64,000 bases of DNA from Octopus vulgaris (lineage: Eukaryota): contig OX597827.1 in the NCBI GenBank assembly GCA_951406725.2, forward strand, positions 52,204,001-52,268,000. The letters are read 5' to 3'. Within the stretch, counting starts at the first letter, position 1. Every line of letters begins with the position of its first letter. This document shows, in pieces, positions 36,813-50,888 of this stretch. The position numbers and the translations under genes are program-made. The notes beneath the pieces are model-generated. The model ran no database searches and was not told the origin of the DNA. It was given only the letters and a program-made list of their open reading frames with translations.

Positions 36813-37802
36813 GAAGAAGAAGTTTCCAGTTTTTGTTTTTTTTACCTAGATCGTTTGCATTTGTGTATGCATAACCATTATTTGAATAAAACAGCATACA
36901 TCAGTTAGTGGCTATAAAAGTTAAATTAAATGTCTTCATTGCATAAAATAATTTAGTGATTATATATGAATTGTCCATGGCTATTAAAGACTGAATAAGT
37001 AGAATAAGAATACTTGATCACAAAAGTGGCTAGCACAGCTCTGTGTAGCACCAGAGATTGTTCTCTTTGGGAGTTCAGTAATCTAATACTTTCAAGTCTA
37101 CCTCTTATTTGTTTACACATCAGTCGATTTTACTAAGCAAACCACATTCACATAGACATTAATGTATTTTACGGTGACACAGTTAATTTCTCAAAGCTGT
37201 CCTTTGCTTTTAATGGCAATATACTTACACTGTAGTCTTGAGATGGGGTTCTGAGTAAGATGATTTGAAACTAGGTAGAAGCCTTACTATCAAAATATCA
37301 ATCTAGCAAAGGAAGTATCAAAGTAAAGCATTTGATATTGAAGAAACCCACTCTGCACTTGCACACAAATACTTCATCACTAAAACATGAGAGTAGTGAA
37401 TTTAGAATAAATTATTGTTGAAAGCCAACTTCAAAGTGTAGCATGCACACAATATTATTTTAATAATGGAAATCAAACACTTGAAGCATAATAGCAATGC
37501 ATAACTATCTTGATAAGAAATTATGCAGTGTAAATTTTAGAGTATATGCTGGAAATAGAAAAGTCTGAAAAGGATGGTAGGTGAGATAAAAACAGGGACC
37601 CAAAGGTAAAGAGATGAAAATGTATAGAAGCAAAATGTATAGGCAGTGTGGGAAGGCAATATGGTAAACCCATATATAAAGGTAGACATATGACAGTCTT
37701 CAGAAAATTTTAAAACATGTAAAATATCACCATGTGTTTTTATATTAACCCTATTATACTCAACAAGTTTTTATACAACCACTCGCTTATATATATATAT
37801 AT

Positions 37803-39390
37803 ATCATCATCATCATCATTTAACGTCCGTGTTCCATGCTAGCATAGGCAAGACAGTCCCACAAGAGCTGGCCAGGCCGAAGCCTGCATCAGCTTCTGTG
37901 ACTGTTTTGGCAGGATTTTTACAGCCCTTCTTAACACCAACCACTCAGCAGAGTGGACTTAGTGCTTTTTATGTGGCAAAAGCACAGGCAATGTTTTTAC
38001 AGCTGGATGCCCTTCCGAACACCAACCACTTTACAGTGTGGACTGAGTGCTTTTAAGTGGCACCTGCACTGACAGTGTCACCAAGGACTTACTAGACAAA
38101 AACTTTTAAGAGGGGAGGAGGCATTGGAGGAGGTGATGATGAAAAGGTTATAGTGAGACAGATACAGGTGTCTTGCTGAAGAGGAAGTACAAAGTTACCT
38201 GGCCAGAGAAAGATCAGGAATGAAGACAGAAACAGGTGTTCTACCACAAAGAAAACACATGGTTGCCCAACCTGAGGGAAGTGCAGGAGAAGGAGAGAGA
38301 GAGTGGGAAACAGCAGGATGGAGATGCTGGCAAAATGCCTGGCATACTCACAAGGAATGGGGATCAGAGTACAAATGAGATGGTTGAGTAAAAGAAGAGA
38401 GAGATATAGAAAGTGGCAAGTGCCAGAGCATACCCTTGAGATTCAAATGCCATTATATAAGTGACAGGATATTGCGAAGGGAGTGTGATTAAAGAGTGCA
38501 AGCAAGTGGCAAAAGAGTTGAGGGGCTACTGGATAACAATGATACAGAGGTAACAGGGGTGTCAGGACAGGATTGGGGAGTGGGAACTAGGCAAGGAGTG
38601 AGAGCTAGGCATAGAGAATGAAAGAGGTAATGCAAGAAAGAGAAGAGATATAAACTGGTTTGTTGGGGTACGGTGAGGGAAAAGTTTTCTTGTTACATGT
38701 GGATGGAACACCCAGGTCAGGGGCTAGCAGATGGCAATAATAGAATAAGACAAGGCATGTGAGTAGAACGCACAGGTTGGGGGCAAGGAGAGAGCAATGA
38801 TACAGTGGTATTGGGCCAAGAGGACAAGATTGGGGAGTGGGATGTAATCATAGTACATGAAGTGGAAATGTGAGTAAGAGAAGGGATGTAGAGACATAGT
38901 TTGGTTCAGCACTTCTAGAACTGATGTGGGTGGGTCTTCTCAAGAACTTCATCACCAGACATCTCGGTCCATGGTCATTTCCTCCGTGAGGTCCAACTTC
39001 CTGAGATCAGTCCTTACCACTTCATCCCATGTCCTCCTGGATCTCTCTCTTCCACATGTAACATTCACTTTCAGTGATCGGCACTTGTTTATGCAGCTGT
39101 CCTCATTCATATGCATCACATGTCCAAACCAACATAGTCTTCTCTCTTGCATTCTACATTTGATTCCTCTTATGCCCAAATTTTCTCTCAATACATTTGC
39201 ACTTAGTTATACATGTGCCCTGATGTTGCACATCCAACGGAGTATACTGCCTTCATTTCTCTTCAGTCTACGCATGTCTTCAGCATTCAGAGCCTATGTC
39301 TCACTATCATGGAGTATAGCCATTCTTACAATAGCATCATATAGTTTACCTTTCTTTCTGAGAGAGAGGCCTTTTGTTGCCAATGAGGGT
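37803..39390 (-). mobile_element. RTE LINE 3' portion with a long 3' UTR (different subfamily)
   Basis: RENLGIRGIKCRMQERRLCWFGHVMHM..RRTWDEVVRTDLRKLDL, long UTR and (ATC)n tail at 37803. Confidence 0.85.
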
Positions 39391-39494
39391 AATATATATC
39401 GAAAGGCTTGTCTCAGAAGAAATTTGAATGGACATTTTATATCTATCAGGATACTTGCTGTGCATGCATGTATGCGTGTGCGTCAGGCATTAGC

Positions 39495-39968
39495 CATATT
39501 CTGAACGCCTTACTTCCCTGGGCATTGATACATTGAAACTCTGACGTCTGGCAGCTGACTTGGCAGACACCCATAAAATTATTAACCATCTTACAAACAA
39601 TAACTCTGAGCACCTTTTCAAACTCCACCTATCAAACACCCGTGGACATGTTTACAAAGCTAGAAAACAGACAGCTCCCATAACTTTCAGAAACATTTTT
39701 TCATGCTAAGAGATGCTGAAGTATGGAACAAACTGCCAACATCAGTTGTTAATTGTCGGAGCACTGCATCCTTCAAAACTTCCATGCTTCCAGAGATTCG
39801 CCAACACTACACCTGATTTTCTCCCCTCCATACACACGCAAGCATGTGTCTGACTCATATATTGTTCACTTTCCAGACATTTGTACATTACTGCATATGC
39901 TTTACATGCACTTTTGACAAGTTGTGGTGCACCTGAGCACTGTATACATTATTTTCATTATTATTATT
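39495..39968 (+). mobile_element. CR1-type LINE 3' end
   Basis: YSERLTSLGIDTLKL*RLAADL..NTRGHVYK..EVWNKLPTSVV..SFKT, then UTR and (ATT)n tail. Confidence 0.85.
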
Positions 39969-41779
39969 TTATTTGAGCCTGGAAAAGTATAGGACAAGAA
40001 GAAGTGGAAGCTTAAAAATATTAAAGTTGAAGTTAAGATTGAAATAAAAATGTTTTCAGTTTCATTCAAATGCAAGAAGTATAGTTTACCCTGCCTTCCT
40101 TTAGGGTGAAACTTCCCCTATGAAGAAAATTATATATGAAACTGCCAATATTTTTTCCCTTTATTATAAAATAGGGTGGCTGATAGGAAGAGATTGAAGC
40201 ATTCATATATGATCAAGATGTAACATGCCTTTCAAAACTTAAATCTGTTCGGTGACCTACCTCTCATGTTTTTCCAGCTATAACTCAGCTGACATTTAGG
40301 TATACAGAAATATAAGCTTATCCAATGATGGGGAAGAATGACTCGGATGCACTTTAGCAGTCAAATTGGCATTAGCATATCATTAGCACAAAAATAACGA
40401 GGTATAAATGGTGTAGTGGTTTTAGTGAGATCTATTTTGTCACTAGAAAATGAAAATTTATCCCCACCAGACAAAAAAGATTTGGAATCTCTGCCCATAA
40501 AAATCTGGAAATCTAGAACTCTTTAGCTCTTAATATGCATAAACTGCTGTCCCTCAGTACACATGTTTTTTATAAAGCTTGATCAACAAACCTCTCTTTT
40601 CCAAAGTGCACAAAATTTACTTTATATGTCAGACTCAGCATAAACCATTGGTATGATCTCAATTAGACATGTACATGAGAAGGTGCTGAGGAGGAAAGAA
40701 AATGGCCCTTCAAATTTAACCACATTACCAACATGCTGGTCAAGGGCACCTTCTGTTAAATCTTTTCCCTAGTTATTTTTTTTCTTTTTGTTTCATCTGA
40801 ACCCATCCAAAAGACATCATTTAAATTCAAATTCCAACATCAATTGCAATATTGGTTTCAAATTTTGGCACAGACCAGAAATTTTGGGCGGCAGCGGCAG
40901 TGGTGGTAGCTGCAGCAGTAGCAGTAGTAGTTGTAGAATAGCATGAATAAATGGATGGTGTATAATCAACCAGAAATATGGAACACATTGTAATAAGCAT
41001 TTTTATGTGCAATTGGCTGCCACTGAAGTCAGCAGAAAAATTTGTTGCCATTGGACATGTCTGTTGCAAAGATATGTTTGTGAACAAATGATGTTTGCAG
41101 AATAGGACAGTTTTTTTTTTTTTGTCTAAATAGAGATGAAATGAAAGTGAACATAAAAATATGCATACAAAAATTTAAGTGAGTCTCTTTTGTGAAGTCA
41201 TGTATGCAATATAGTTGCTATTCATTGATGTGTTGCCAATGCTGGGCCATGTTAGCTGCTATTTCTGTTAAAGAAATTTTTCAATGCACTTGATATATTG
41301 TATACCCACAGTAAACTGTGAAATATAATCAAGGTGTTTACTGAGATTTGCTGTCTAGTATATCTGTGTTGGAATATAATGTGTAGGTTATGGTTGGTAA
41401 TCAAATCTTTGACTTCACTGTTTAAGGCAGGAAGCAAAACTTTGACTAAAATGGTAAAATTGGCACGTATCTGAAGAAATTTTATTCACTGCAAAACTGG
41501 CTTCAAGCTGAGAAAACTAAATGGTATATGGAGGTGAAACAAAGGACAAGGCAGCTTGAATAGCTAAACTATCACTATTTTCAGAAGAAAAAGATGGGAG
41601 AGATGAAGTCACTACACAAATGAAAGGCTATAATAGGATTGAATATTGGCTGTTTCACAAACTTTGAGAAGTTCATGATCGACTTCACTCCAGAATCACA
41701 TTCAAGAGATAAAAAAGAGTTTCCAAGATGTTAACAGGTAGATGTGACTGCTATTTCAAGCAGGATAAAAGGTGCACCT

Positions 41780-43330
41780 AATCTAACAGTGCTCTTAGTG
41801 TCATTGCCTGCAGAGGAAGGGATTGCGGTGGTAAAAATTGTATGTGTCGTGGGCTTTTGCATCCTTTGATCTTTTCTCCTTAAAATATTTGGTAGTTTTA
41901 AAGAAAGGAGTTTTTAAACACCAGAACCCTAACCCCTCCAAGATAAAACGCCACAGGAAAGTGTTGTGGTTTACACCTCCCTTCACTTTAAGCATTAAAA
42001 CTTATGTGGGTAAGATATACTTAGCTTAGTAGACAAATACTTCTCTTGTACAAATAGGTTCAGTAATATATTTCACAGGCACACTCTGAGGGTTTCTTTT
42101 AGCTGTGCACCTAATGTAAAAAAGATATGAGTAGGTAGGCCCACACCTGAGACAGAAGCAGAATGCTCATGTAGGAGTAGAAACTATCATATGTGAGGCA
42201 GAGGTCACAACAACTGAACCAAATGAGCAACTAAACATGCAAAAGTATGTATGAGCACCTGAATGCCCCTTCAGAACCCGATACAACAACCACAATGCCT
42301 CCTTCAACATCCCAGAGAGACAAAATTCCACAACCCTGACCAAGCACATATGGTCATTGAAAGAAACCACCATGGAATGCAACATAAAGTGTAGAATATT
42401 GAAGAAATGCAAAGCTTACTTCTATAGTAGCAGGAGGTGCAGATTATGCCTAGCTGAGAAAAGAGCTAAATTAAAGAATGCTCAGCACCCAGGTATTGAA
42501 CAGCAGAAGTGAAATTTTTAAGCCTTGCCCATATGAAAGGAAGTACATTCTAACATACCTATATGCTCCATTGTGACTATAATTACCTGCTTTCCAAATT
42601 TGGCTCTTCCATCACCCACACCTGGGAATCAGCAATGAGTTTGACCAGAACATACACAAATGCACTCACAGACACATACGTGCCTAACACAGCAGACATT
42701 CACCCAATAGTTTCTTTTCAGCCCCACCCAATATAAGCCCTTACAAATATAGTACCCTTACACACACTCTATAACCACACAAATACTCCAAAGAATTTAA
42801 CCAAAACATAAACAAAACACACACAAATACATAGGTACTTATGCAGCCTTTGGGTACCACTCTGCCCACCATAAAACGCTATGCATATAGTGTCACTACA
42901 CACATTCAAACTACAAGAACACCAACCCCAAAACTTACACACATTTCCAGAAAACTCATCACCTTGCAACACCTGAGGTGGTCGTTTGGTACTGTTGGAC
43001 ATAACTCTTAATTTTACCTTTGTTTGGTTCGTTTTGTTGTCTTTTTCACAGTAACCATAAAACAGATGTCCTTTCACCTCCAACAATAGAAATTAGTCAC
43101 CATATTTCATTCCATAACTGCCATCTCTGAAGAGTGCAGGGTTATATAATCAGGCTGCTATCTAACATCACATTAAACCTCTAGTGCGAAACTGATTGGT
43201 AAGCTCGGCTGTAATGGATATATAATACTGTACGCTTCAATTAATATACATGTAGAACACAAGTGGGATTAACTTGAACACCACCTGAGTTCGTTTATAT
43301 ATTATGTCACACTTAGAACCAACTCTGGGT
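41780..43330 (+). mobile_element. Penelope-like element (Naiad-like), 3' part with GIY-YIG remnant and terminal region
   Basis: RHRKVLWFTPPFTLSIKTYVGK, FRTRYNNHNASF, KWRILKKCKAY-like segment and CRLCLAEK. Hammerhead-like motif at 43123-43205. Confidence 0.82.
43123..43205 (+). ncRNA. Type I hammerhead ribozyme motif, stems partly decayed
   Basis: ATCT-CTGAAGA-G...C-GAAA-C-TGATTG-GTA-AGCT: intact core and GUA triplet, with mismatches in stems I and II. Confidence 0.6.
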
Positions 43331-44170
43331 TGGATCTGTGGTTTATATTTGATTTGGTACCTATGTATATATTTATATGTTCGTGTATATTCATACATAG
43401 ATAGATTGATGTTTGTGTGTATACTACCAAAAACGACAACAGAGAGTTGCTTTAACGTACTGAGTATCTGCCATTCCTGATGTTGATATACCTAGATTCT
43501 AATGAATCCTTAACTGACCTCTCTCTCTCTGTGTGTGTGTGTGTGTGTTAATAGTTGTAACGAACAAAATATATATGCAGTGAGGAAAAAGAATCACTTC
43601 CTGACAATTTTTCTAGCAAGCATAGAAGAGAACTCTGGACATATTTCAGCTTTATTCTAACCTCACCAGAATAACATTGCTTTCGCAGTATGTACTGAAA
43701 TAAGGATGGATGAGTTTCTTAGTAAATGTACAAGATTGTGCACTTGTTTATTTTTAAAATGAATCCACATCTTTCACGAGTAATTTTGATGCGCTTCCAA
43801 TACGAAAATAAGGCTGTGTAGTTAGTATAATTCGTGTTATAGAGAACGTAAAATGTAGTTTCGCCAAAAAACTTCAGTACACGCGATAAAAATTACTTTT
43901 CTGTATGAAATTGAACTCTGTTTTGTTATACTGAGCCAGATCAAGTGTGCTAAAATTCATGTTCCTCCATAATCTATGCTGGAAATCTCATAGTAGTGGA
44001 CGTTTAAATTCGAAAATTACTGTATGCATAGTGAAACGTAACGCAGTAACTTACATGCATATATATACACACAGGATCTTATATGTTAACACATATCTAT
44101 ATGTACACACACACAGTAAGTTAACGAGTATCACAAACATATACTCCACAAGCAGAAACAAACACCTATA

Positions 44171-44378
44171 TATTTCTTTACTACCCACAAGGGGCTAAAC
44201 ACAGAGAGGACAGACAAACGGTTTAAGTCGATTACATCGACCCCAGTGCGCAACTGGTTCTTAATTTATCGACTCCGAAAGGATGAAAGGCAAAGTCGAC
44301 CTCGGCAGAATTTGAACCCAGAACGTACACCGCTAAGCATTTCGCCCAGCGTGCTAACGGTTCTGCCAGCTCGCCGCC
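44171..44378 (-). mobile_element. tRNA-derived SINE (short OR-like family)
   Basis: Same head and central domain as 14935-15147 but a different 3' tail. CpGs well preserved. Confidence 0.88.
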
Positions 44379-46480
44379 TTGAAACAAACACCTATATGGA
44401 ACCGCCAACATCCATACACCCACACACGCCAACGCAAACAGAATCGCTCACACACACACACACACAAACATATCAACATGTTGTCACACGCAAGCCAGCA
44501 ATCAATCGCGACGCCATACGAACGCACAGGTTCACACAACATCGTTTATGCTCCGAAACAGATTGCATAAAATACACAAACCTTGCATATGACTGATACT
44601 ACTACCTAAGTAAATTCACCGCTAACATTCATTCAAAATATGTGTTAGCTGTGATTTTCCGCCTTCATATTAATGTATCCACATGTATACTTTATGCAAT
44701 AGAATATCACACCACTATCCGTACCATCAATATAATCGACCACAGCTGCGTTAACAACACACATTCATTCCAGTAGCGCTTCTTAAACTTAATTCAACAT
44801 GGAACAGCTTGTGTGAGTTTCCGAAAATCAGGAAATCCATACCGATACAATCTGTCCATTCTTATTTCAGTAAGATATTAAATGATGCAAAAAATTTTCA
44901 GACAGAAAATTTATTCACATGAAAAAACATTATTTTTTCAAATAGTGAATACTGTTATTATAACATGTTTTTATTAAATCTCACAGAACCCATTTTGGGA
45001 AACACTATATTACATACAAGTAGTAGCATACATTTGCGCTGTATACATCACCACCGAAGTAATACAGGTGCATACGGCATACATCAATACTCTCGCATTC
45101 TCCACTTGTGACTATCATTGTCATTCACAACACACAGTCATTTATGCCAACCATATATTATAACCATCACACTATGCATCACGATCACTATCACGCACCA
45201 TTACTACTCAAAAGTATATTGGCCACCACCATATGCCACAACCTCCACTGACGAGGGGACCTCCACGTGGTTGCCCCTAGAAACATCATATATTCTAAGC
45301 TATGCATAGGAAAAATTAAAATACGGGATGGTCACGACTGGAATGCTTCTAATTATAAGTCTACTTAATGAGGGTAACGTAAGGGCTGAACAACTACTAT
45401 CACCTCACAACTGTCAACAGTTGATACACAACCACCACTTTATTCCCCCACATACCTCCAGCACTACACCACAGTGTCCCCCAACCAATTAATTGCATCC
45501 ATTCCCCTTAAATTTGGAATAAAACTGTTTCTGCGTATCGAACACCACCATCACGCATCTTTATTGCCACCACAACCAATCCCAACATTGCTACTCTGCT
45601 TGAACTATTACCACTACCACTGCCAACATACTGTGTTACTATCCTCCCCCAACATTATCAATACGACTTCCACTGTCTTAGATATCGCCATTGTTATTGT
45701 AACGGAACATTTGGGGGTGGGTGAGTGGATAGATAGATAGGCCAGTAACGTCGTATTGATTCTGAAAACTATGGTTTTATTTTTTTTTTTTCAATTAAAA
45801 TTATTTGCTTTCATTTACGATTCTTAATATCCTTGCGAAAGGGTGTGAACCTACGCTAGCATTTCCACATTCTAAACAGCTGTCCTTATACTTCGGGTTT
45901 TCATTTTTTTTTAATAAACAACTAATAAGGCGTTGTTGTGGGATCAGCTGTAGAGTGCTGAACTGCTGTTATTTAGACTCAAATCAAGCAACAGTTCTTT
46001 GGTTTTTTTTTTTTTATTCCTTCGGGAGTGAAATGAAATATAATAACAGTGAGGTGAATGTTGCAAACACGTAAGCTTTCCAGAGATCGCGAAGTGGTGT
46101 AATTTTTGATCACTGCAAATTCATTTAAGTCGCCAACGTCCTTTGGGAAAGAACGAAATATTCCAATATTCCAAATACTTTCACCTAAAATGCAGCTCAC
46201 AAAAAAATAAATAAAATACGGATTGTATAATTCACGAACCAGTTTCGATACCAATTTACCTCACTTGTAATGCGAACGTTTTTTTTTCTTTTTCTTTCCT
46301 TTACAATATTAGGTGTTCATACTATTTATCATTAAAAAAAATCAACGTTGCGTAACTCTTGATATGTTGATTAGTTATGATTAAAAGTTTTGATTTTGCA
46401 TAAATATACTGACAAATCAACCTGGAGTTCACTGCACTCTAGATGATGACTGACTACAACCAGGAATACGTAGGTGTGTG

Positions 46481-46572
46481 CAGAGCCGGATTAACGTAGT
46501 AACAAATGCAGTGGGCCCCACATTTTCAAAGGTTCCCCTCTGAATGCGTGCAAGCTGTCAATTCCGGCCCAA
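46481..46572. mobile_element. Short hAT-type MITE
   Basis: CAGAGCCGGATT ... AATTCCGGCCC imperfect TIRs with internal GGGCCCC. Confidence 0.5.
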
Positions 46573-47449
46573 TAATTCTACTATATTGCCTTCAACGTTT
46601 ATAAGCAACTGAGTGTTTAAGGTAGATATCAGAGTATCTCTGAGATCTTATACAATTTAAACAAATTGCAATAACAGATTGAATGGCAGTGGTAAATAGA
46701 CTTAATTTCTGCCGGCAGTAAACTTGTCATACAATGATAGTGCTTTATTATTTTGCTCATAAATACGAACGGTTGAACGAATCAGATTATTATTTATATA
46801 TTATTGATATTTGAACGTTGACCATATTCATTAAATCTATTCAGATTTTTAATCATGTAGTGTTTATTATTGGCACAATGACCCTCTCGAGATATACAAA
46901 ACATTAAAATGTTTCTTATTTTTGTAGTTTCTACTTTAACTTGATGCCATTAAGCGCAATCGTAGGACAAATAACAAGTTCAAAACTGATGTAATCACAT
47001 TTTCAATATTACGCAAGTACATATTTATATTGCTACAATAGCTTATTGTGTGAGTGCACTTGGGTGTATGTGTGTATCTGTTGCTCACGCTTCGATCTTC
47101 AATGATTTGCTTTCAAATTATCCCAGGAATCTTTTCATGAAAAACGTGTTATGTGGGTGTGGCGGGGAGAAGGTTTCTTGGAAATCAAATGATTCACTTT
47201 AATACTTCCTTCGTTAGAATGATACTTTCATATTTATTCACCCTATATAAACTGTGATGGGAAGTATTTATTATGATATACGTTTTATTTTTCCCCTTTT
47301 TTCTTGTTTTGTTTAAATTTGTGCACAGGATGAATACTGAAAAATCATTTTCTATTTTCTCTGAAGGTTTCTTTCGGGTAATTTTTTTTCTCTGCAAGGA
47401 AACATTTTTTTTATATTGAACTTTTATCTGTATCACAACAGAATAGGAT

Positions 47450-48500
47450 AGATAATTTTTCGCCAACAGTACACCGTTAACTAATATATTTAACCATTAA
47501 ATCTCGACAACTATCGTTTTCTGTACATACGTAGAATGGGTTTTAAAGAAATGACCATTCGAAAGAAAATTAGGAAAGGAAGAAGACAAAAGCAATATTG
47601 CAAAATAAAACTAAGAAGGCGATGCGTTGAAATGCTATTGCGAAACTTAAATAAGATCAATGATGTTTGCAATTGAACAAGAATTCCAGTAACCCTTTTT
47701 ATATGAATACCTGAAATGAAGGCGACCTTGTTACAGAATGTGAACATAATTGTACCGAAACTTAAAATGAAACCTGATGATACCAGTATGCCATTCACCC
47801 TTACATGCCTGCAGTTTTCAATTCGAGTGGTTTATACAATGACATACTGAATTGCATTATCTCTGAAGTGAAGAAATATGTGCATTATTCTGTTTCATTG
47901 GATTTTACACCTGATTTCTTTGATAGGAACCAGCTAATTTTGTCTATGCATCTTGTTTCACCATCTGAGCCAGTTGAAAGATGTATGAAGTTCTGAGAAA
48001 TGGAAAATCATAATGTTAAATCGCTCATTTCAAATTTTCTATAGTATTTTTTTTTTTTTACATATTCACCAAATTTAACTGGAAAACGTGCTTTTGAATA
48101 TTGTGAAGAAGCATTCATTTTCTTTGAATTTGCTGACGTCTTTTTCTCCAAATTATCGGTGATATCTCTATTTCCTTGCATTATTTGATAGTGGTTATTT
48201 GCCTATTGTGAAAAGAATATCAGCTATCAAGTGCTCAGCTTGTGCAGATATACTTTAACGAAGATTTTCAGCAATGAAGCAAGTGTTAGATGACGTTTCA
48301 AATAACAATGATCAGGAGAGGTGGTTGCAACAATAAGCTTGTGGATTACTTTTAATCATAGGAAAGGTGGAAACAGAAATAATAGTCACACTGTGGAATC
48401 GCTTCAATATTTTCAAGTGGTCAATGTGTACTTGCAATATTCTGGCCAAGACTTGATCATAGTTTGTGCACTCTGTAAATTATTACAGTGATTGTTGAGA
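47450..48500 (+). mobile_element. hAT (Tip100/ZMYM1-like) transposase remnant
   Basis: ILNCIISEVKKYVHYSVSLDFTPDFFDRNQL..PVERCMKF resembles the first catalytic-D block of hAT transposases. Confidence 0.7.
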
Positions 48501-48569
48501 AAGCATGTACTATGGCAGTGGAGAGTAGATGAAAATACTACATTTGGTAAGACAAAATAAGCACAGTGT

Positions 48570-48920
48570 TCCCTAGAATTTCCTGTCCATTATGATACAA
48601 TTAGGCCTCTTTTGTTTTCATGTGATACCTCTCCCTCTGGAGTGGGAGCAGTTACATCCTTACATCTGGATATTGCGAATGAATGAAACTATGCCTAGAT
48701 TGAAACAGAAATGCCCATTGTTAATTGTGTCTTTCACCCATACCCGTTTGGACAAAAATTAACCATTGTCACCAACCACAAACCCCATTTTGGATTTCTC
48801 ACCAAAAATAAAATAATTCCTGCCATGACTGTTACCAGGACCCAACATTGGGCCCTGATACTGTTGTTCTATTACCATACATTAATATACCAGAAGGGAA
48901 CAAATAACAGCAGTACTGAT
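48570..48920 (+). mobile_element. Gypsy/Ty3 pol fragment (RNase H region)
   Basis: VHYDTIRPLLFSCDTSPSGVGAV, NYA*IETE, FHPYPFGQKLTIVTNHKP and RTQHWALIL. Confidence 0.8.
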
Positions 48921-49099
48921 ATGAAACTGTGTTGCAATACAAGTCATGAAATTCTGTTGCTGTTTAAGCAATGTTCCAAAGTAGTATTTGTAAGCAGTAC
49001 ATTTAATTTATGTTTTTAAAAATAATGAGTGTGTATGTGGGTGTTCATTTTCTATGGACCTGTGCAAATGCATACATATATACACGCACATTGAGGACA

Positions 49100-49410
49100 C
49101 CTATTGAGTCAAGTACATCAACATAAAAATAAATATCAAATGGAAATTGTAGTTGTGATACCTGTGCCGGTGGCACGTAAAAAGCACCAACAGATCGTGG
49201 CCGCTGCCAGCCTCCCCTGGCACTTGTGCCGGTGGCACATAAAAAGCACCCACAACACTCATGGAGTGGTTGGCATTAGGAAGGGCATCCAGCTGTAGAA
49301 ACACTGCCAGATTAGACTGGAGCCTGGTACAGCCTCCTGGCTTCCCAGACCCCGGTTGAACCGTCCGACACGTGCTAGCACGGAAAACAGATGTTAAACG
49401 ATGATGATGA
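49100..49410 (+). mobile_element. RTE 3'-end copy
   Basis: Two GTGCCGGTGGCAC units, shared tail and (GAT)n. Confidence 0.88.
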
Positions 49411-49549
49411 CATATATATACATAGAATTATATATCCATGTATACATATGCATATATCTATATACACACATAGACATGCACCCACACATATTAAAACCTA
49501 TGTCAACCTATTAAACATTTCGAAACCATTGTTTTTTTTTGTCTTTTTT

Positions 49550-50200
49550 TCTGAAACAGAATGAAATTCCTTAGCCATGTGCATACAAGGTTCAGTTCTT
49601 TTGTTTAAGCTATAACTGCTTTGAGTCAAAATTGTCAATTTTTTGCTTAGAGGTCACTTCATATTTTGATTTGAAACTCCTGTTCCTATATGGTTGCACA
49701 CTTTCTACAATAGACTAGGTAATTTCGAACTAAGGAGGACTTGTCTCATGCAAGAACTATATAAACTTCAACAAAGCTGTAGCACATTTTTTATTGGGGC
49801 TGACAAATGAATATTTGTGCTTATAATAACAGTTTTTGAATGTAAGTTTTGTTGCTCTTATACATGTTTTAGGTTCATCACTGCTGTTTGATTCAACCTG
49901 AATACTATCAAGTTTGCCATCTAGTGGACAGTTTTCATGAATTCTATGGATGCATGATCTTTGTTGCTTAACTATTTGTAACTCTCTTCTATTCAGTTTC
50001 ACTGCATTATAACCTCTGAAATAACACTCAAAATTCTTGCTAGCTGAAAAAGTAAAATTAACACAGTTCATACATGTACCCTTGTAGAAATTGGTTAACT
50101 ATTAAATTAAGAAATTCTCTAGCATGCAGCTAAGTTTCTTTAATGCAAATACAAGCTTCCTTGAATTTCATTCTGGTTCAGAGGTAAAAAAACTTTGGCT
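49550..50200 (-). mobile_element. Penelope-like element (Naiad-like) GIY-YIG fragment
   Basis: ENCPLDGK..PKTCIRATKLTFKNCYYKHKYSF..ATAL. Confidence 0.72.
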
Positions 50201-50509
50201 TTGAAATGTTTAATTAACAGGTTTTATTGATACATGTTAATATGTTTGGGTGCGTGTGTATATGTATATATGCATATGTGTATATGTATATATGAATATA
50301 TAATTCTGTGTATAAGTGTGTACATGTGTATATGTATGCATCTGCATAGGCACATACGAAATAAACACTGACATAGGCACTGTTTGTTTTTTAAAAATAT
50401 TTGAAATATTGGAATATTCGTTTTTTCCCAAAGGATGTTGGCAACTTAAATGAATTTGCATTCGCAATCTCAGCATACTTGAGAGCTTACATGTTTCTCT
50501 ATGTGTCAC

Positions 50510-50790
50510 CAACCCTCACCCATTTTCAAGCAAGGTACTATTTGCCCACAGCCAGAAGATTGTAAATGAACATCAGTTGTACAATGGTAATCCTCATTTA
50601 CAACTATCACATAATAACTATCACAAGGGTGCACACACACACACACATACACGCAGACACACTCGACACTTGTTCCAGTTTCCAATCTATCAAATCCCTT
50701 CACAAGACTTTGGTCAGCATAGGATTATCATAAAAGACGGTTCTCCAAAGTGTCACATGGTGGGACTGAGCCCAAGACCACAAGTACTGT
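50510..50790 (-). mobile_element. Older tRNA-derived SINE copy
   Basis: Diverged version of TTCAGTTTCC.TCTACCAAATCCACTCACAAGG..GTGGGACTGAACCC. A similar copy lies at ~25560-25850. Confidence 0.6.
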
Positions 50791-50888
50791 GATGATTGAC
50801 ATAATTCTTTGAGAATCAGCATCTTCACAGGGACTGTGGGTTCAAGCCCAGCCACATGCATATGTTCTGAGATGAAAATATATATATA

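Noticed and set aside
45248-45284. Hammerhead-like CTGACGA-GGGG...CCCC-TAGAAAC
   Set aside because: No stem III, cleavage triplet or stem I. The sequence matches the head of the old SINE-like family seen at 21800 and 22310.
49089-49100. CPQC-coding word as a second MARCH5 RING exon
   Set aside because: It sits at an RTE junction with no other RING ligands in frame.
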